Positions 1 through 9,784 of a stretch of DNA of 64,000 nucleotides are shown here, piece after piece. Within the stretch, counting starts at the first letter, position 1. Each line of letters begins with the position of its first letter. Below the pieces are notes generated by a model, which was not told where the DNA came from, did no database searches, and saw only the letters and a list, made by a program, of their open reading frames with translations. A program made the translations under genes and the position numbers. The stretch comes from an uncultured Candidatus Binatia bacterium. GTDB lineage: Bacteria; Desulfobacterota; Binatia; UBA9968; JAJDTQ01. The DNA is taken from the NCBI GenBank assembly GCA_965213675.1, contig OZ243916.1, forward strand, positions 1,984,001-2,048,000. Reading direction: 5' to 3'.

Positions 1-672
1 GTGGATCAGTTGTCGCTGGCCAACTACCAAACCACCTTCGAGGACGAGGACTTCCTCGGAGTCTTCTGGAACACCGGGGTCGTGGTGTTCACCGCCGCCA
101 CGGTCACCGCGCTGATCTGCACGGTGGCCGCCTGGATCGTCGTGCGTTTCCCGGGAAAGCTGAGCACCGTCCTAAACCTGACCACGTTCATGCCCATCGC
201 GGTACCGTCGGTCATCATCGGACTGGCGCTCATCCTGGTCTACCTGTCCATCCCCATAGGCCTGTACGGCACCATCTGGATCATCGCCATCGCCCATATC
301 ACGCGCTACCTGTCCTACGGCTCCCGCACCATGATCGCGTCCCAGGTACAGATCCACAAGGAGCTGGAGGAAGCGTCCTACACCTGCGGCGCCTCCTTCC
401 GCATGACCCTGCGCAAGGTCATCATGCCGATTCTGCTGCCAGCGCTGGTGAGCCTGTGGTTGTGGGTGGCGCTGCACAGCATCCGGGAGCTGTCGTCCGC
501 GGTGCTGCTGGCGTCGTCAGAGAACACGGTTATCAGCACGCTGATCTGGACCCAGTACCACGAGGGCGAGGTGGGGGTCGCGTACGCGCTGTCGGTCATC
601 CTCATCGCGGTGTCGTTCGTCATCGCGTTCCTGGGACGGCGTCTGTTGAGCTGGCACGACCACCTGCGCTGA
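1..672 (+). CDS. ABC transporter permease (Fe3+/FbpB-like), 5'-partial
   Basis: Hydrophobic TM segments and the EAA motif ELEEASYTCGAS; runs in from the window edge. Confidence 0.85.
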   Translation: MDQLSLANYQTTFEDEDFLGVFWNTGVVVFTAATVTALICTVAAWIVVRFPGKLSTVLNLTTFMPIAVPSVIIGLALILVYLSIPIGLYGTIWIIAIAHITRYLSYGSRTMIASQVQIHKELEEASYTCGASFRMTLRKVIMPILLPALVSLWLWVALHSIRELSSAVLLASSENTVISTLIWTQYHEGEVGVAYALSVILIAVSFVIAFLGRRLLSWHDHLR

Positions 673-847
673 GTAGAAGCGCGGTTGGTTGTTTCCATGT
701 CCTTGGCTGGATCGATCCGTTGTCATGCGGCATCTTGTTGCATGCGGGGCGACCGGCCGGTCGCCACTGCATGGTTCCACTGGCCGGTTCCAATTCGTCC
801 GGGCACTCACGGGCGGGCAGACGAACCGTTGACCGCGAGGCATACCC

Positions 848-2830
848 ATGAGCATCACCCTTGAGATCGAGGAACGCGCGCCATTCGCTGAAGGAACCGG
901 CTTTGGCGACGCCGGCGCCTATGAACGGGTCCACGGACGCGCGCGCTTCGCCATCGATCCACGCCTGCCCGCCAACCGCGGTATCGTGGACCTGGCGCTC
1001 GCTCCGGCGGACGCGCACGGCCTGGTGGAGTACTCGACGGAGTTCTTCATCCTCAAGCCCGTGGACATGAGCCGCGGCAACCGCCGGCTGCTCTATGACG
1101 TGAACAATCGCGGCAACAAACGCGCGTTGCAGTTCTTCAACGACGCCCCGCCCAGCAACGACCCGCGCACCGCCGAGGACGCCGGCCACGGGTTTCTGAT
1201 GCGCCAAGGCTACACCGTGGCCTGGTGCGGCTGGCAGGGCGACCTGCTGCCCGGGGACGGCCGCCTGACCATGGATCTGCCCGTGGCCGCCGGCCCCGAC
1301 GGCCCGGTCACCGGACCCTTCCGGGCGGAGTTCATCATCGAGCAGCCTGGAGTGACCACCGTGTCGCTGGGCGGACACGACTACATCCGGCCCTGCCCCG
1401 CCGCGGATCTCGACACGGAGGGCGCCACCCTGACCCGCCGGCGGCTGGAGGCGGACCCGCGCGAGCCCCTCCCGCCCGGCGCCTGGCGCTTCGCCGCCCC
1501 GGATGCTGCCGGCAGACTCCAACCGTCGGCCACGCATTGTCATGTCCCGGAAGGCTTCCGGCCCGGCTGGATCTACGAGCTCATCCACACCGCCAGGGAC
1601 CCGCTGGTGCTGGGGCTCGGGTTTGCCGCCGTGCGCGACCTCCTCGATTTCCTGCGTCATGCCCGCGAGGACGCGGCCGGACAGGCCAATCCCCTGCGCG
1701 ACGGCGCGGCGGGGGTCGAGAAAGCCTACGCCTGGGGGCGCTCCCAGAGCGGACGTTTCCTGCGCGCGTTCGTCTACGGCGGGTTCAACGTGTCGGACAG
1801 CGGACGGCGCATCTTCGACGGGATCTTCTCTCATGTGGCCGGAGGCGGGCGCTTGCAGCTCAACTACCGCTTCGCGCAGCCTGACCGCTACCCGCGCCAG
1901 CACGAGGACCACCTCTACCCCTCGGAGGAATTCCCCTTCGCCTACGGCCAGACCGAAGACCCGTTCACCGGCAGGCAGGATGCCATTCTGAAAAGGCCGG
2001 ACACGGACCCCGTGGTGATCCACACCCAGACCGCCACCGAGTACTGGCAGCGGCGCGGCTCCTTGGTGCACACCGATCCTCGCGGCGGTGATCTCCCGGA
2101 GCACGACAACGTCCGGGTCTACTTGCTGTCGTCGTTGCAACACAACGACGCGGCCGCCGCCCTCGAAGGCGGCGTACCGCGATACCCGCAGAACCCGCTG
2201 CCGGCCAATCCAGTGCTGCGCGCCCTGTTGACCGCCCTGGACGAATGGTCCACTGCGGGGGTCCCGCCTCCGGACAGCCGTGTCCCGACGCGGTCCGGCG
2301 GCGACCTCATCACCGGCGCCGAGTTCCGCAACGGGTTCCCCGCCATCCCCGGAAGCGCTTGTCCCCAACCGCATTCGCTGTACCACCTGGACCGCGGGGC
2401 GGAATTCGCCGGCGGCATCATTTCCCGGGAGCCGCCCGTGGAGGACAACACCCGCGAATATCCGGTGCGGGTGCCCTCGGTGGACGCCGACGGCAACGAA
2501 CTCGCCGGCGTCCGTATCCCGGAAGTGGCGGCGCCCTTGGCGACCTACCTGGGATGGAACCTGCGCAAGGACTCGGACGTGATGGCGGGCATCGTGGGCA
2601 GCGCCATTCCCTTCGCCGTCACCGAGCAAGCGCGCACCGAGCGGGCAGACCCACGCCCATCCATCAAGGCACGCTATCCTGCACGGCAAGCCTATCTCGC
2701 CGCGGTGCGCGCGGCCGCCGAGGAACTCGTGGCGCAGCGGCTGCTGTTGGCCGAAGACGTGGAGCGGTGCGTGGCGCTGGCCCGCAAACGCTGGGACGCG
2801 CGGCTGGGAAACGGGTCCGGGAGGCGCTAG
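848..2830 (+). CDS. alpha/beta hydrolase domain protein
   Basis: FGDAGAYER, YDVNNRGN, nucleophile elbow GRSQSGR, VDADGNELAGVRIPEVAAPLATYLGWN. Confidence 0.8.
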   Translation: MSITLEIEERAPFAEGTGFGDAGAYERVHGRARFAIDPRLPANRGIVDLALAPADAHGLVEYSTEFFILKPVDMSRGNRRLLYDVNNRGNKRALQFFNDAPPSNDPRTAEDAGHGFLMRQGYTVAWCGWQGDLLPGDGRLTMDLPVAAGPDGPVTGPFRAEFIIEQPGVTTVSLGGHDYIRPCPAADLDTEGATLTRRRLEADPREPLPPGAWRFAAPDAAGRLQPSATHCHVPEGFRPGWIYELIHTARDPLVLGLGFAAVRDLLDFLRHAREDAAGQANPLRDGAAGVEKAYAWGRSQSGRFLRAFVYGGFNVSDSGRRIFDGIFSHVAGGGRLQLNYRFAQPDRYPRQHEDHLYPSEEFPFAYGQTEDPFTGRQDAILKRPDTDPVVIHTQTATEYWQRRGSLVHTDPRGGDLPEHDNVRVYLLSSLQHNDAAAALEGGVPRYPQNPLPANPVLRALLTALDEWSTAGVPPPDSRVPTRSGGDLITGAEFRNGFPAIPGSACPQPHSLYHLDRGAEFAGGIISREPPVEDNTREYPVRVPSVDADGNELAGVRIPEVAAPLATYLGWNLRKDSDVMAGIVGSAIPFAVTEQARTERADPRPSIKARYPARQAYLAAVRAAAEELVAQRLLLAEDVERCVALARKRWDARLGNGSGRR

Positions 2831-2838
2831 TGTGGTGT
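2827..2838 (+). repeat. MITE terminal remnant
   Basis: CTAGTGTGGTGT equals the target plus end of the 3744 MITE; the TAG is the upstream gene's stop codon. Confidence 0.5.
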
Positions 2839-2879
2839 GCCGCGGCGACCGGCCGGCCGCCGCGGCACCGCATCCGGGC

Positions 2880-3662
2880 CTATGCCATCAAGCCGTGGTC
2901 CCGCAGGAACTCGATGACGAAGGCGTCAAATCCCGCCGGGTCTTCGATGCAACACGCGTGACCGGTTCCGGGCAGCACCCTGTGCACCGCTCCCGGGGTC
3001 AGGGCCGCGGTTTTCCGACCGCCCTCCAGGGACATGTCGTGCTCGCCGTTGATGACCAGGGTGGGCACTTTCATCTCGGAAAGACGCGGCGTCATGTCGG
3101 TGCCGCGGCGGGCGCGGAAAATCTGGGCAATGGACCGGCCCGAAAGCCACGGATTCCGCTCCAGGAAGACATCCAACAGGTACTTGCCCAGCGGGGTGCT
3201 CTCGAAACCCGGCGCCACCAGCTCCTTGATGTGCTTCTCGTGGTAGGTCGCGACGTCGTCCGTATAGCCCTGTATGCGGTCGTCGATGCGCCCGCCCCCG
3301 CCACTGCTTCCGCCCACCAGGATCACCGCGCGGAACATCTCCGGATGATCGAGGCCCAGCAGCAGTGCGATGCCCGACCCCACGCTGACGCCCCCGATGA
3401 CCGCCTCGGTGACGCCTTCCGCCCGGCACACCGCCAGCACGTCGCCGGCCATGTCGCCCAGCGTGAACGGCGTCTCGGGCTTGTCCGAGCGGCCATAGCC
3501 CCGGATATCCAGCGAAATCATCCGGAACCAGGTGGAAAAATGCGCCACCTGGTACATCAGCAGATTGTGATCGAAGGGGTTCGCGTGCACCCAGATGAAG
3601 GGCGGCCCCTCCCCGGAAACCTCGTAGTAGATGCGGACCCCATCGGAATCCGTGTACGGCAT
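2880..3662 (-). CDS. alpha/beta fold hydrolase
   Basis: DIRGYGRS, GVSVGS nucleophile, GEHD, GTGH catalytic His. Confidence 0.88.
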   Translation of the reverse strand: MPYTDSDGVRIYYEVSGEGPPFIWVHANPFDHNLLMYQVAHFSTWFRMISLDIRGYGRSDKPETPFTLGDMAGDVLAVCRAEGVTEAVIGGVSVGSGIALLLGLDHPEMFRAVILVGGSSGGGGRIDDRIQGYTDDVATYHEKHIKELVAPGFESTPLGKYLLDVFLERNPWLSGRSIAQIFRARRGTDMTPRLSEMKVPTLVINGEHDMSLEGGRKTAALTPGAVHRVLPGTGHACCIEDPAGFDAFVIEFLRDHGLMA

Positions 3663-3743
3663 GGAGCACCTCGAACGGCGTTGTAGAGCGGTTTCAAACT
3701 TGGCCGTGTAGGAGTTTGTCCTACCGCCCGCTGTCCCTAACTA

Positions 3744-3902
3744 GTGTGGTGTCTGGTTAATTCGCGTCATAATCTGCGGGTCTTTTTCGCCGTCGGCTGC
3801 GTTGCTCTTCCTCGCGTGGTACACGCCACTGCTCGTCATCGCGCCTTGCCGACAATAAAAAATCCTCCGCAGATTATGACCCGAATTAACCAGACACCAC
3901 AC
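3744..3902. mobile_element. 159-bp MITE, copy 1
   Basis: 36-bp terminal inverted repeats (GTGTGGTGTCTGGTTAATTCG[C/G]GTCATAATCTGCGG, 1 mismatch) flanked by TA on both sides (CTAG site); near-identical copy at 58830-58988. Confidence 0.9.
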
Positions 3903-3989
3903 TAGCTGAAAACAAGCAAGTAATACTATCCGCTTGAAGGACCGGATGGCTCGCGTCGGAACAATCAACACATGGTCAACACGACGCAA

Positions 3990-4028
3990 CTGTCCTACGA
4001 AGTGGAAGCACCTCAGGGGACCACCTCA
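3990..4028 (-). mobile_element. IS3-like terminal inverted repeat remnants
   Basis: Reverse complement reads TGAGGTGGTCCCC then TGAGGTGCTTCCACTTCGTAGGACAG, matching the copies at 51712 and 56742. Confidence 0.6.
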
Positions 4029-4124
4029 GTTTGCTGCTTCCAGCTTAACACAGGTGAGCTCTTCAGGTCCTCCCTCGTTCGTATTTCTATGGGACACGAG
4101 TGACAATTCCCCTATAATGTTCCC

Positions 4125-4514
4125 ATGACGACTACCGAAAGCGTCCGGCTCGACAAGTGGCTGTGGGCGGCGCGGTTCTTCAAGACACGCGCGCTCGCGG
4201 CCGAAGCGGCCCAGGGCGGCAAGGTCCATGTCCGCGGCGACCGCGCCAAACCGGCCCGCCCGGTTCGCATCGGCGACCGGTTGGAGATCCGGCGCGGCCC
4301 CCTTGAATGGGTGGTCACGGTCAAGGGCCTGTCAGCGAGACGCGGCCCGGCCGAGGAGGCCATGCGGCTCTACGAAGAGACCGAGGAGAGCGTCCGCAAT
4401 CGCGACACAGCGCGTGCTCAGGTTCGGGCCCAGGCCGCCCCTTTTCGGGAGCACGGCGGCCGGCCCACCAAGAAGGACCGCCGGGACCGGGTGCGTTTCG
4501 CGGGCAAGGATTGA
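4125..4514 (+). CDS. hslR: RNA-binding S4 protein Hsp15
   Basis: VRLDKWLWAARFFKTR and GRPTKKDRR. Confidence 0.93.
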   Translation: MTTTESVRLDKWLWAARFFKTRALAAEAAQGGKVHVRGDRAKPARPVRIGDRLEIRRGPLEWVVTVKGLSARRGPAEEAMRLYEETEESVRNRDTARAQVRAQAAPFREHGGRPTKKDRRDRVRFAGKD

Positions 4515-5239
4515 CCCGGTCCCCCTACCGAACACGCTTCTCTGCCGAGCCGGATCAGGCCGTACGGGCGCAAGACCTCCGGGCTTACGTGGACGCCTAC
4601 TTGCGCGAAGAGATCCAGGCGGAGGCGCTGGTCCGCAATCTCGGAGGATATACCCGGTTGCTGGATCTCACGGCCGCGGCTTCGGGCACCATTCTGAACC
4701 TGAATGCCCTGAGCCACGACGCCGGCATCGCCTTTGAGACGGCGCGGCGTTATATGGAGGTTCTCGAAGACACGCTCATCGTGTTCCGTATCCCGGCCTG
4801 GAGCGGGTCGGACCGGGCGAGTCTGCTGAGCCACCCCAAGATCTACTTCTTTGACCTCGGGATACGGAATGCGTTGTTGCGACGACCTCTGGACCGGTGC
4901 CTCGAAGACGAACGCGGGCTCCTGCTGGAACATTTCATCGCGCAGGAACTTTACCGCCGGACGGGAACGCTCTGGCCCGAGCTCGCCTTGTCGCATTACC
5001 GCACCCGCCACGGGGCGGAGGTGGACTTCGTGATGGAGGTGGGCCGAGAGCTGTGGGCCGTCGAGGTCAAGTCGTCACGACGGGTGTCCCGGACGGCTTT
5101 GCGAGGGCTGCGGTCTTTTGCCGAGAGGGCCGGCCGTGTCCACCGGTCCATCGTGGTGTTTCCTGGACCGCGCCGACAACAATTGGGGGAGGTCGAGGTC
5201 CTGCCGGTGGTGGATTTCCTGGATGAGTTGCCGTCCTGA
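4515..5239 (+). pseudogene. 5'-truncated AAA-ATPase/DUF4143 protein
   Basis: HPKIYFFDLG, LLEHFIAQEL, EVDFV...VEVKS are present; no Walker A and no credible start. Confidence 0.7.
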
Positions 5240-5264
5240 CCGAACGCGGGCGCGCGGGTGACCC

Positions 5265-6512
5265 CTATATCCCTTCCAACAGCACCGTGCGGATCAACGA
5301 GATGGCGTTGAGGCTCATGCGGGTCCGGTCGGGGCCGCCGCGGCCGCCGAGGTTGTAGGTGCGGGTGTGGAACCGGGCGCCGTCGGTGACGGAGATGTAC
5401 GTCTGACCGCGAGCGAGGTTGACCGCGGTATCGCCCGGGTTCTCCACCGCGTGCAGTGCCAGACCCAGGTCGCTGCCGGCCTGCTGCCGGATGGTCCAGG
5501 CCAGTTCCTCGGTGAGCGCCTCCGGCTGCGCCAGCAGCGCCTCCGCCTCGTCGGGCCGGCGTGAATGCGCCAGCAGCCGGCGTGTGCCGCGCGCGCCCGG
5601 CGCCACCATGCCCTCCACGAAGTGGTCCTTGCTGGCCCGCTGCAGGCGGTCGGCCACGAGGCCAGCGGTCATGTCCTCGAACACGGCCACGCTCTGATCC
5701 TTCTCCCGGAGCAACCCGCCCACCGCATCCTCCATGGTCTCGTCGTCCACGGCGAAGATGTGCGTCGTGAGGAGTTCACGCACCTGCGTCTCTATCGGCG
5801 CGATGAGTTCCATGGCCTGCTCGCGGCTCGCCGCCTTGGCGGTGATGCGCACGTCCACCTGTCCCGGGTGGGCCAGGACCCCCACCGTGGGGTTGCTGGA
5901 GTTGGCGATGAGGTGGCCGATCTCGTGGTCCACCGAGCTTTCGCCCATGTCGGTCACCTTGAGCACACGGTAGGTGATGGTCTCCGACAGGTTCCACTTG
6001 CGCCGCGCGTAGGGCGTCAGTTCGTTCTCGAACAGCCACTTCATCTCGTGGGGCACCCCCGGAAGCGCGAAGACGGCGCCCTTCTCGTGCTCGACGATGA
6101 ACGACGGCGCAGTGCCGTTTGGGTTCTCCACCGGAATGGCGCCCTCGGGGATGTCCGCCTGGCGCTCGTTGTTGGGGGTCATGATCATGCCCCGGCGACG
6201 GAAACGCCGGTCGATCTGGTCCAGCAGGCCCGGGTCCCGCACGAGCCTCCGGCCGCACACCTCCGCGATGATTTCCCGGGTGATATCGTCCTGGGTCGGC
6301 CCAAGGCCGCCGCTGGTGATGACGAAGTCCGCCCGGTCCAGGGCCCGGCCGATGACGTCCTTCATGCGCCCGGGGTTGTCGCCCACGATGGTCTTGAAGA
6401 AGAGATTGACGCCCATATCCGACAGGCGCCGGGCCATCCACGCGGAGTTGGTGTCCACGATCTGGCCCAGCAGCAGTTCCGATCCGATGGCAACGATTTC
6501 AGCGTTGGGCAC
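5265..6512 (-). CDS. cinA: CinA family protein (MoCF-type pyrophosphatase domain plus degenerate PncC domain)
   Basis: IGSELLLGQIVDTN, GGLGPTQDD, LPGVPHEM; GTG start with GGAGG RBS. Confidence 0.88.
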   Translation of the reverse strand: MPNAEIVAIGSELLLGQIVDTNSAWMARRLSDMGVNLFFKTIVGDNPGRMKDVIGRALDRADFVITSGGLGPTQDDITREIIAEVCGRRLVRDPGLLDQIDRRFRRRGMIMTPNNERQADIPEGAIPVENPNGTAPSFIVEHEKGAVFALPGVPHEMKWLFENELTPYARRKWNLSETITYRVLKVTDMGESSVDHEIGHLIANSSNPTVGVLAHPGQVDVRITAKAASREQAMELIAPIETQVRELLTTHIFAVDDETMEDAVGGLLREKDQSVAVFEDMTAGLVADRLQRASKDHFVEGMVAPGARGTRRLLAHSRRPDEAEALLAQPEALTEELAWTIRQQAGSDLGLALHAVENPGDTAVNLARGQTYISVTDGARFHTRTYNLGGRGGPDRTRMSLNAISLIRTVLLEGI

Positions 6513-6646
6513 GACGCCCTCCTGTTCCGTGTGGGTCTGGTGAATCCGCGTTCGCTGGTGACTTACGTGCCAGAAGCCGGCACGGGTTGGCAAGGGGCGC
6601 CGGCGCCAGTCCCGTCCGGTTCACGGTTCCCTTGCTCCGGTGGGCT

Positions 6647-9600
6647 CTACTCCACACCGGGCGCGGGCACGGCCTCGGCGGGGGTATCGGCAGGCGCCCG
6701 GCGCCGGACCTTCGCAAGCACGTCCAGCCACAGGGAATAGAGCGTGGGCGTGAGAACCAGGGTGAACAGGGTGGAGACGGCGAGGCCTCCCAGCACCGCG
6801 GAGCCCAGGCCGCGGTAGAGTTCGGAGCCGGCGCCGCGGGAGAGCACCAGCGGCAACATGCCGAATACCGTGGTGGCCGTGGTCATGAAGATGGGGCGGA
6901 TGCGCGTGCGCACGCTGGCCAGAAGCGCATCCTGGGGCGTTTCCCCGGCGCGGATGAAGTTGAGGGTCTGGTGCACGATGAGGATGGCGTTGTTCACCAC
7001 GATGCCGGTGAGGATGATGAACCCCAGCATGGTGACCGTATCCATCTTGATGGTGGGCTCGGTGGCGTGGCCCAGGCTCACGGCCAGGACACCGCCGGTG
7101 GCCGCCAGCGGCACGCTGAACATGATGATCAGCGGGTAGCTCCAGGACTCGAACAGCGAACACATCACCAGGTACACCACCACCACGGCCAGCAGGAACG
7201 TCCACTTGAAGGCGTCCCACGTTTCCGCGAGCTTCTGCGCCTGGCCACTGACCTGGATGGAGTAACCCAGCGGCAGGTTGCGCCGCACCTCCTGGACCGC
7301 GCCTTCCTCCACCGCCCGCACGGCCTCCTCCAGCGGCATGGCGTGGTGCATGTTCGCGTTCAGCTTGATGGCGCGGTCGAGGTCCACGTGCTCCACCTTG
7401 GTGGGACCGTCCCCGGGCCGGATGACGGCGATGTCCGAGAGCTGCACCAACCGGCCCGCGCCGCCGGAGAGCATGAGCGTCCCCAGATCCTGGGTGTGCG
7501 CCATCTCCCCCCGCGGCCCCTTGAGGATGATGTCGATTTCCCTGCCGCGCTCCCGGAAACGCCCGGCGCGGGTGCCTTCCACCGCGGTCTCGATGACGTC
7601 GCCCACCTCGGAAGCGCGCAGGCCCAGGGCCGCGACGCGGTCGCGGTCCAGGTGAACGCGGATCTCGGGGTTGCCCCACTCGAACGACGAGTTGACGAAG
7701 TTCACCCCCTCCACCTGACGGATGCCGCCTTCGAGGCCCCGGGCGATGTTCCGGATGGCCTGCAGGTCGTCTCCCTTGACATCCAGGGCCACGTTGTTGC
7801 CGCCGATGAAGCCGCCCCGCTGGCGGAAAAGGGACGCCTGGGTGATGAACACCGCCTGGGTCCCGGGAATGCCGCCCACGGCGCGGCGCAGGGTCCCCAC
7901 CACCCGGCGCATGTCTTCGAGGCCGGTGTACGGTTCCTTCACGATGGCGCCCATGATGGGGCTGTCCAGGCGGATGACGGCGAACATGCGCTCTACCTCG
8001 GGAACGGCCCGGACGCGCGCCTCGATCTCCTTGATGATGGCTTCCTTCTGGTCGGTGTTGAAGCCCGGAGGCATCTTCACCACGCCGAAGATGAAGTTGC
8101 GGTTCCCCCGCGGCAGATAGTCCAACGGCGGTGCGAACCACCATGCCAGGGCCACCGAACCACCCACGATGAAGAGCACCACCGCCAGCCGCCGGACGGC
8201 GCCGCGCTGAAGCCACGCCAGCAGTCCGAGCACCACCCCGGAAAATCCGGCGCCGGCCCGGTCCAGCACGGACATGGCCGCGCGCAGGCGCGGGAACCGC
8301 TGCCGCGCCCGTTCCGGAAGGACGTGGGCCGCGAGCATGGGCACCACGGTGAGAGCCACCACCAGAGACAGGGCCACCGCCACGGACACGGCCAGGGCGA
8401 TGTCCCGAAAGAGCTGCCCGGCCTCCTGCCGCACGAACAGCACAGGCACGAACACGGCTACGGTGGTGAGCGTGGACGCCAGGATCGCGCCCCCCACCTC
8501 GCGCGCCCCGTCCAGCGCCGCGCGCACGCGCCCCTTGCCCATGTCGCGGTGGCGGAACACGTTCTCCAGCACCACCACGGCGTTGTCCACCACCATGCCG
8601 GTGGCAAAGGCCAGCCCGGCGAGCATGATGACGTTCAGGGAGGAACCGGCGATATTGAGGACCACGAAGGTGGTGACGATGGAGACCGGGATGGCCACCG
8701 CCACGATGACGATGCTGGCGGGGCTGCGCAGGAACAGCAGCAGTACCAGCACCGCCAGGGCCACGGCGAAATAGACGTTGCGCGTCACCAGGTCGATGGA
8801 GTCGTGGATGTAGTCGGTCTCGTCGTAGGCCATCTCCAGGCGGATGCCCTTGTCGCGGTAGCGCTGATCCAGCCGGCTCAGGGTCTCCCGGACGCCGTCC
8901 ATGACCGCCATGGTGTTGGCCCCGGAACGGCGCAGCACGCCTATGCCAAGGGCGGGCTTGCCGTCGATGCGCACGGCGAAATCCCGGTCCTCGCGGCCGA
9001 AAGACACCGCGGCCAGGTCGCGCACGTAAACCGGCCCCTGGCCGTCGTGCCGCACCACCACGTCGGCGATGTGCCGGAGTTCCTCGAACTGGCCCAGGGT
9101 GCGCACCACGTGCCGGCGCTTGCCCTCGCTCAGGTCGCCGCCCTTGACGTTGCGGTTCTCACGGGTGATGGCCTGCCGGACATCGGCCACCGTGATGCCC
9201 CGCGCCGCCATGGCGCGGGGATCCAGCGTCACGTGCACCTGACGGTCGCGGCCGCCGAAGCGCCACACCGCGCCCACGCCGGGAACCCGTTCCAACTGCG
9301 GCACGATGACGTCCTTCAGTTCCTCCCACACCTCATGGATATCCCGCTCCGTGTCCACCATGATCCACGAAATCGGGCTCTCCTCGTCGGTGTTGACCGC
9401 GCGGATGCGGGACTCGCCCACGTCCGGCGGAAGGCCTCGGACGGTGTCGAGCTTCTCGGAAACGCCCAGGCGCGCGATATCCTTGTTGGTGCCCCAGTCA
9501 AAACTGAGGACCACGCGGGAACGGCCCTCGATGGAGCTGGACGCCACCTGCTTGAGCCGCTCCACCGCATTGAGCCGCTCCTCCAGCCGGTCGGTGACCT

Positions 9601-9784
9601 CGCGCTCCACCTCCAGCGGCCCGGCGCCGCTGTACTCCGTCTCCACCGTGATCTCGGGCCGGTCCACGGTGGGGATCATCTGCACCGGCAGGCGGAACAG
9701 CGCGATGGTCCCGAACAGCACCGCCAGGAGGATGCCGACGGTCACCGAGACCGGATTGCGCACGCAGAAGTCAACGATTCCCAT
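6647..9784 (-). CDS. RND efflux permease (AcrB/AcrD/AcrF family)
   Basis: GMVVDNAVVVLENV, ASTLTTVAVFVP, RIRPIFMT. Confidence 0.95.
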   Translation of the reverse strand: MGIVDFCVRNPVSVTVGILLAVLFGTIALFRLPVQMIPTVDRPEITVETEYSGAGPLEVEREVTDRLEERLNAVERLKQVASSSIEGRSRVVLSFDWGTNKDIARLGVSEKLDTVRGLPPDVGESRIRAVNTDEESPISWIMVDTERDIHEVWEELKDVIVPQLERVPGVGAVWRFGGRDRQVHVTLDPRAMAARGITVADVRQAITRENRNVKGGDLSEGKRRHVVRTLGQFEELRHIADVVVRHDGQGPVYVRDLAAVSFGREDRDFAVRIDGKPALGIGVLRRSGANTMAVMDGVRETLSRLDQRYRDKGIRLEMAYDETDYIHDSIDLVTRNVYFAVALAVLVLLLFLRSPASIVIVAVAIPVSIVTTFVVLNIAGSSLNVIMLAGLAFATGMVVDNAVVVLENVFRHRDMGKGRVRAALDGAREVGGAILASTLTTVAVFVPVLFVRQEAGQLFRDIALAVSVAVALSLVVALTVVPMLAAHVLPERARQRFPRLRAAMSVLDRAGAGFSGVVLGLLAWLQRGAVRRLAVVLFIVGGSVALAWWFAPPLDYLPRGNRNFIFGVVKMPPGFNTDQKEAIIKEIEARVRAVPEVERMFAVIRLDSPIMGAIVKEPYTGLEDMRRVVGTLRRAVGGIPGTQAVFITQASLFRQRGGFIGGNNVALDVKGDDLQAIRNIARGLEGGIRQVEGVNFVNSSFEWGNPEIRVHLDRDRVAALGLRASEVGDVIETAVEGTRAGRFRERGREIDIILKGPRGEMAHTQDLGTLMLSGGAGRLVQLSDIAVIRPGDGPTKVEHVDLDRAIKLNANMHHAMPLEEAVRAVEEGAVQEVRRNLPLGYSIQVSGQAQKLAETWDAFKWTFLLAVVVVYLVMCSLFESWSYPLIIMFSVPLAATGGVLAVSLGHATEPTIKMDTVTMLGFIILTGIVVNNAILIVHQTLNFIRAGETPQDALLASVRTRIRPIFMTTATTVFGMLPLVLSRGAGSELYRGLGSAVLGGLAVSTLFTLVLTPTLYSLWLDVLAKVRRRAPADTPAEAVPAPGVE

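Noticed and set aside
3684-3725. TAGAGCGGTTTCAAA...GTAGGA/TCCTAC as another IS or MITE end
   Set aside because: No partner end or second copy seen in the window
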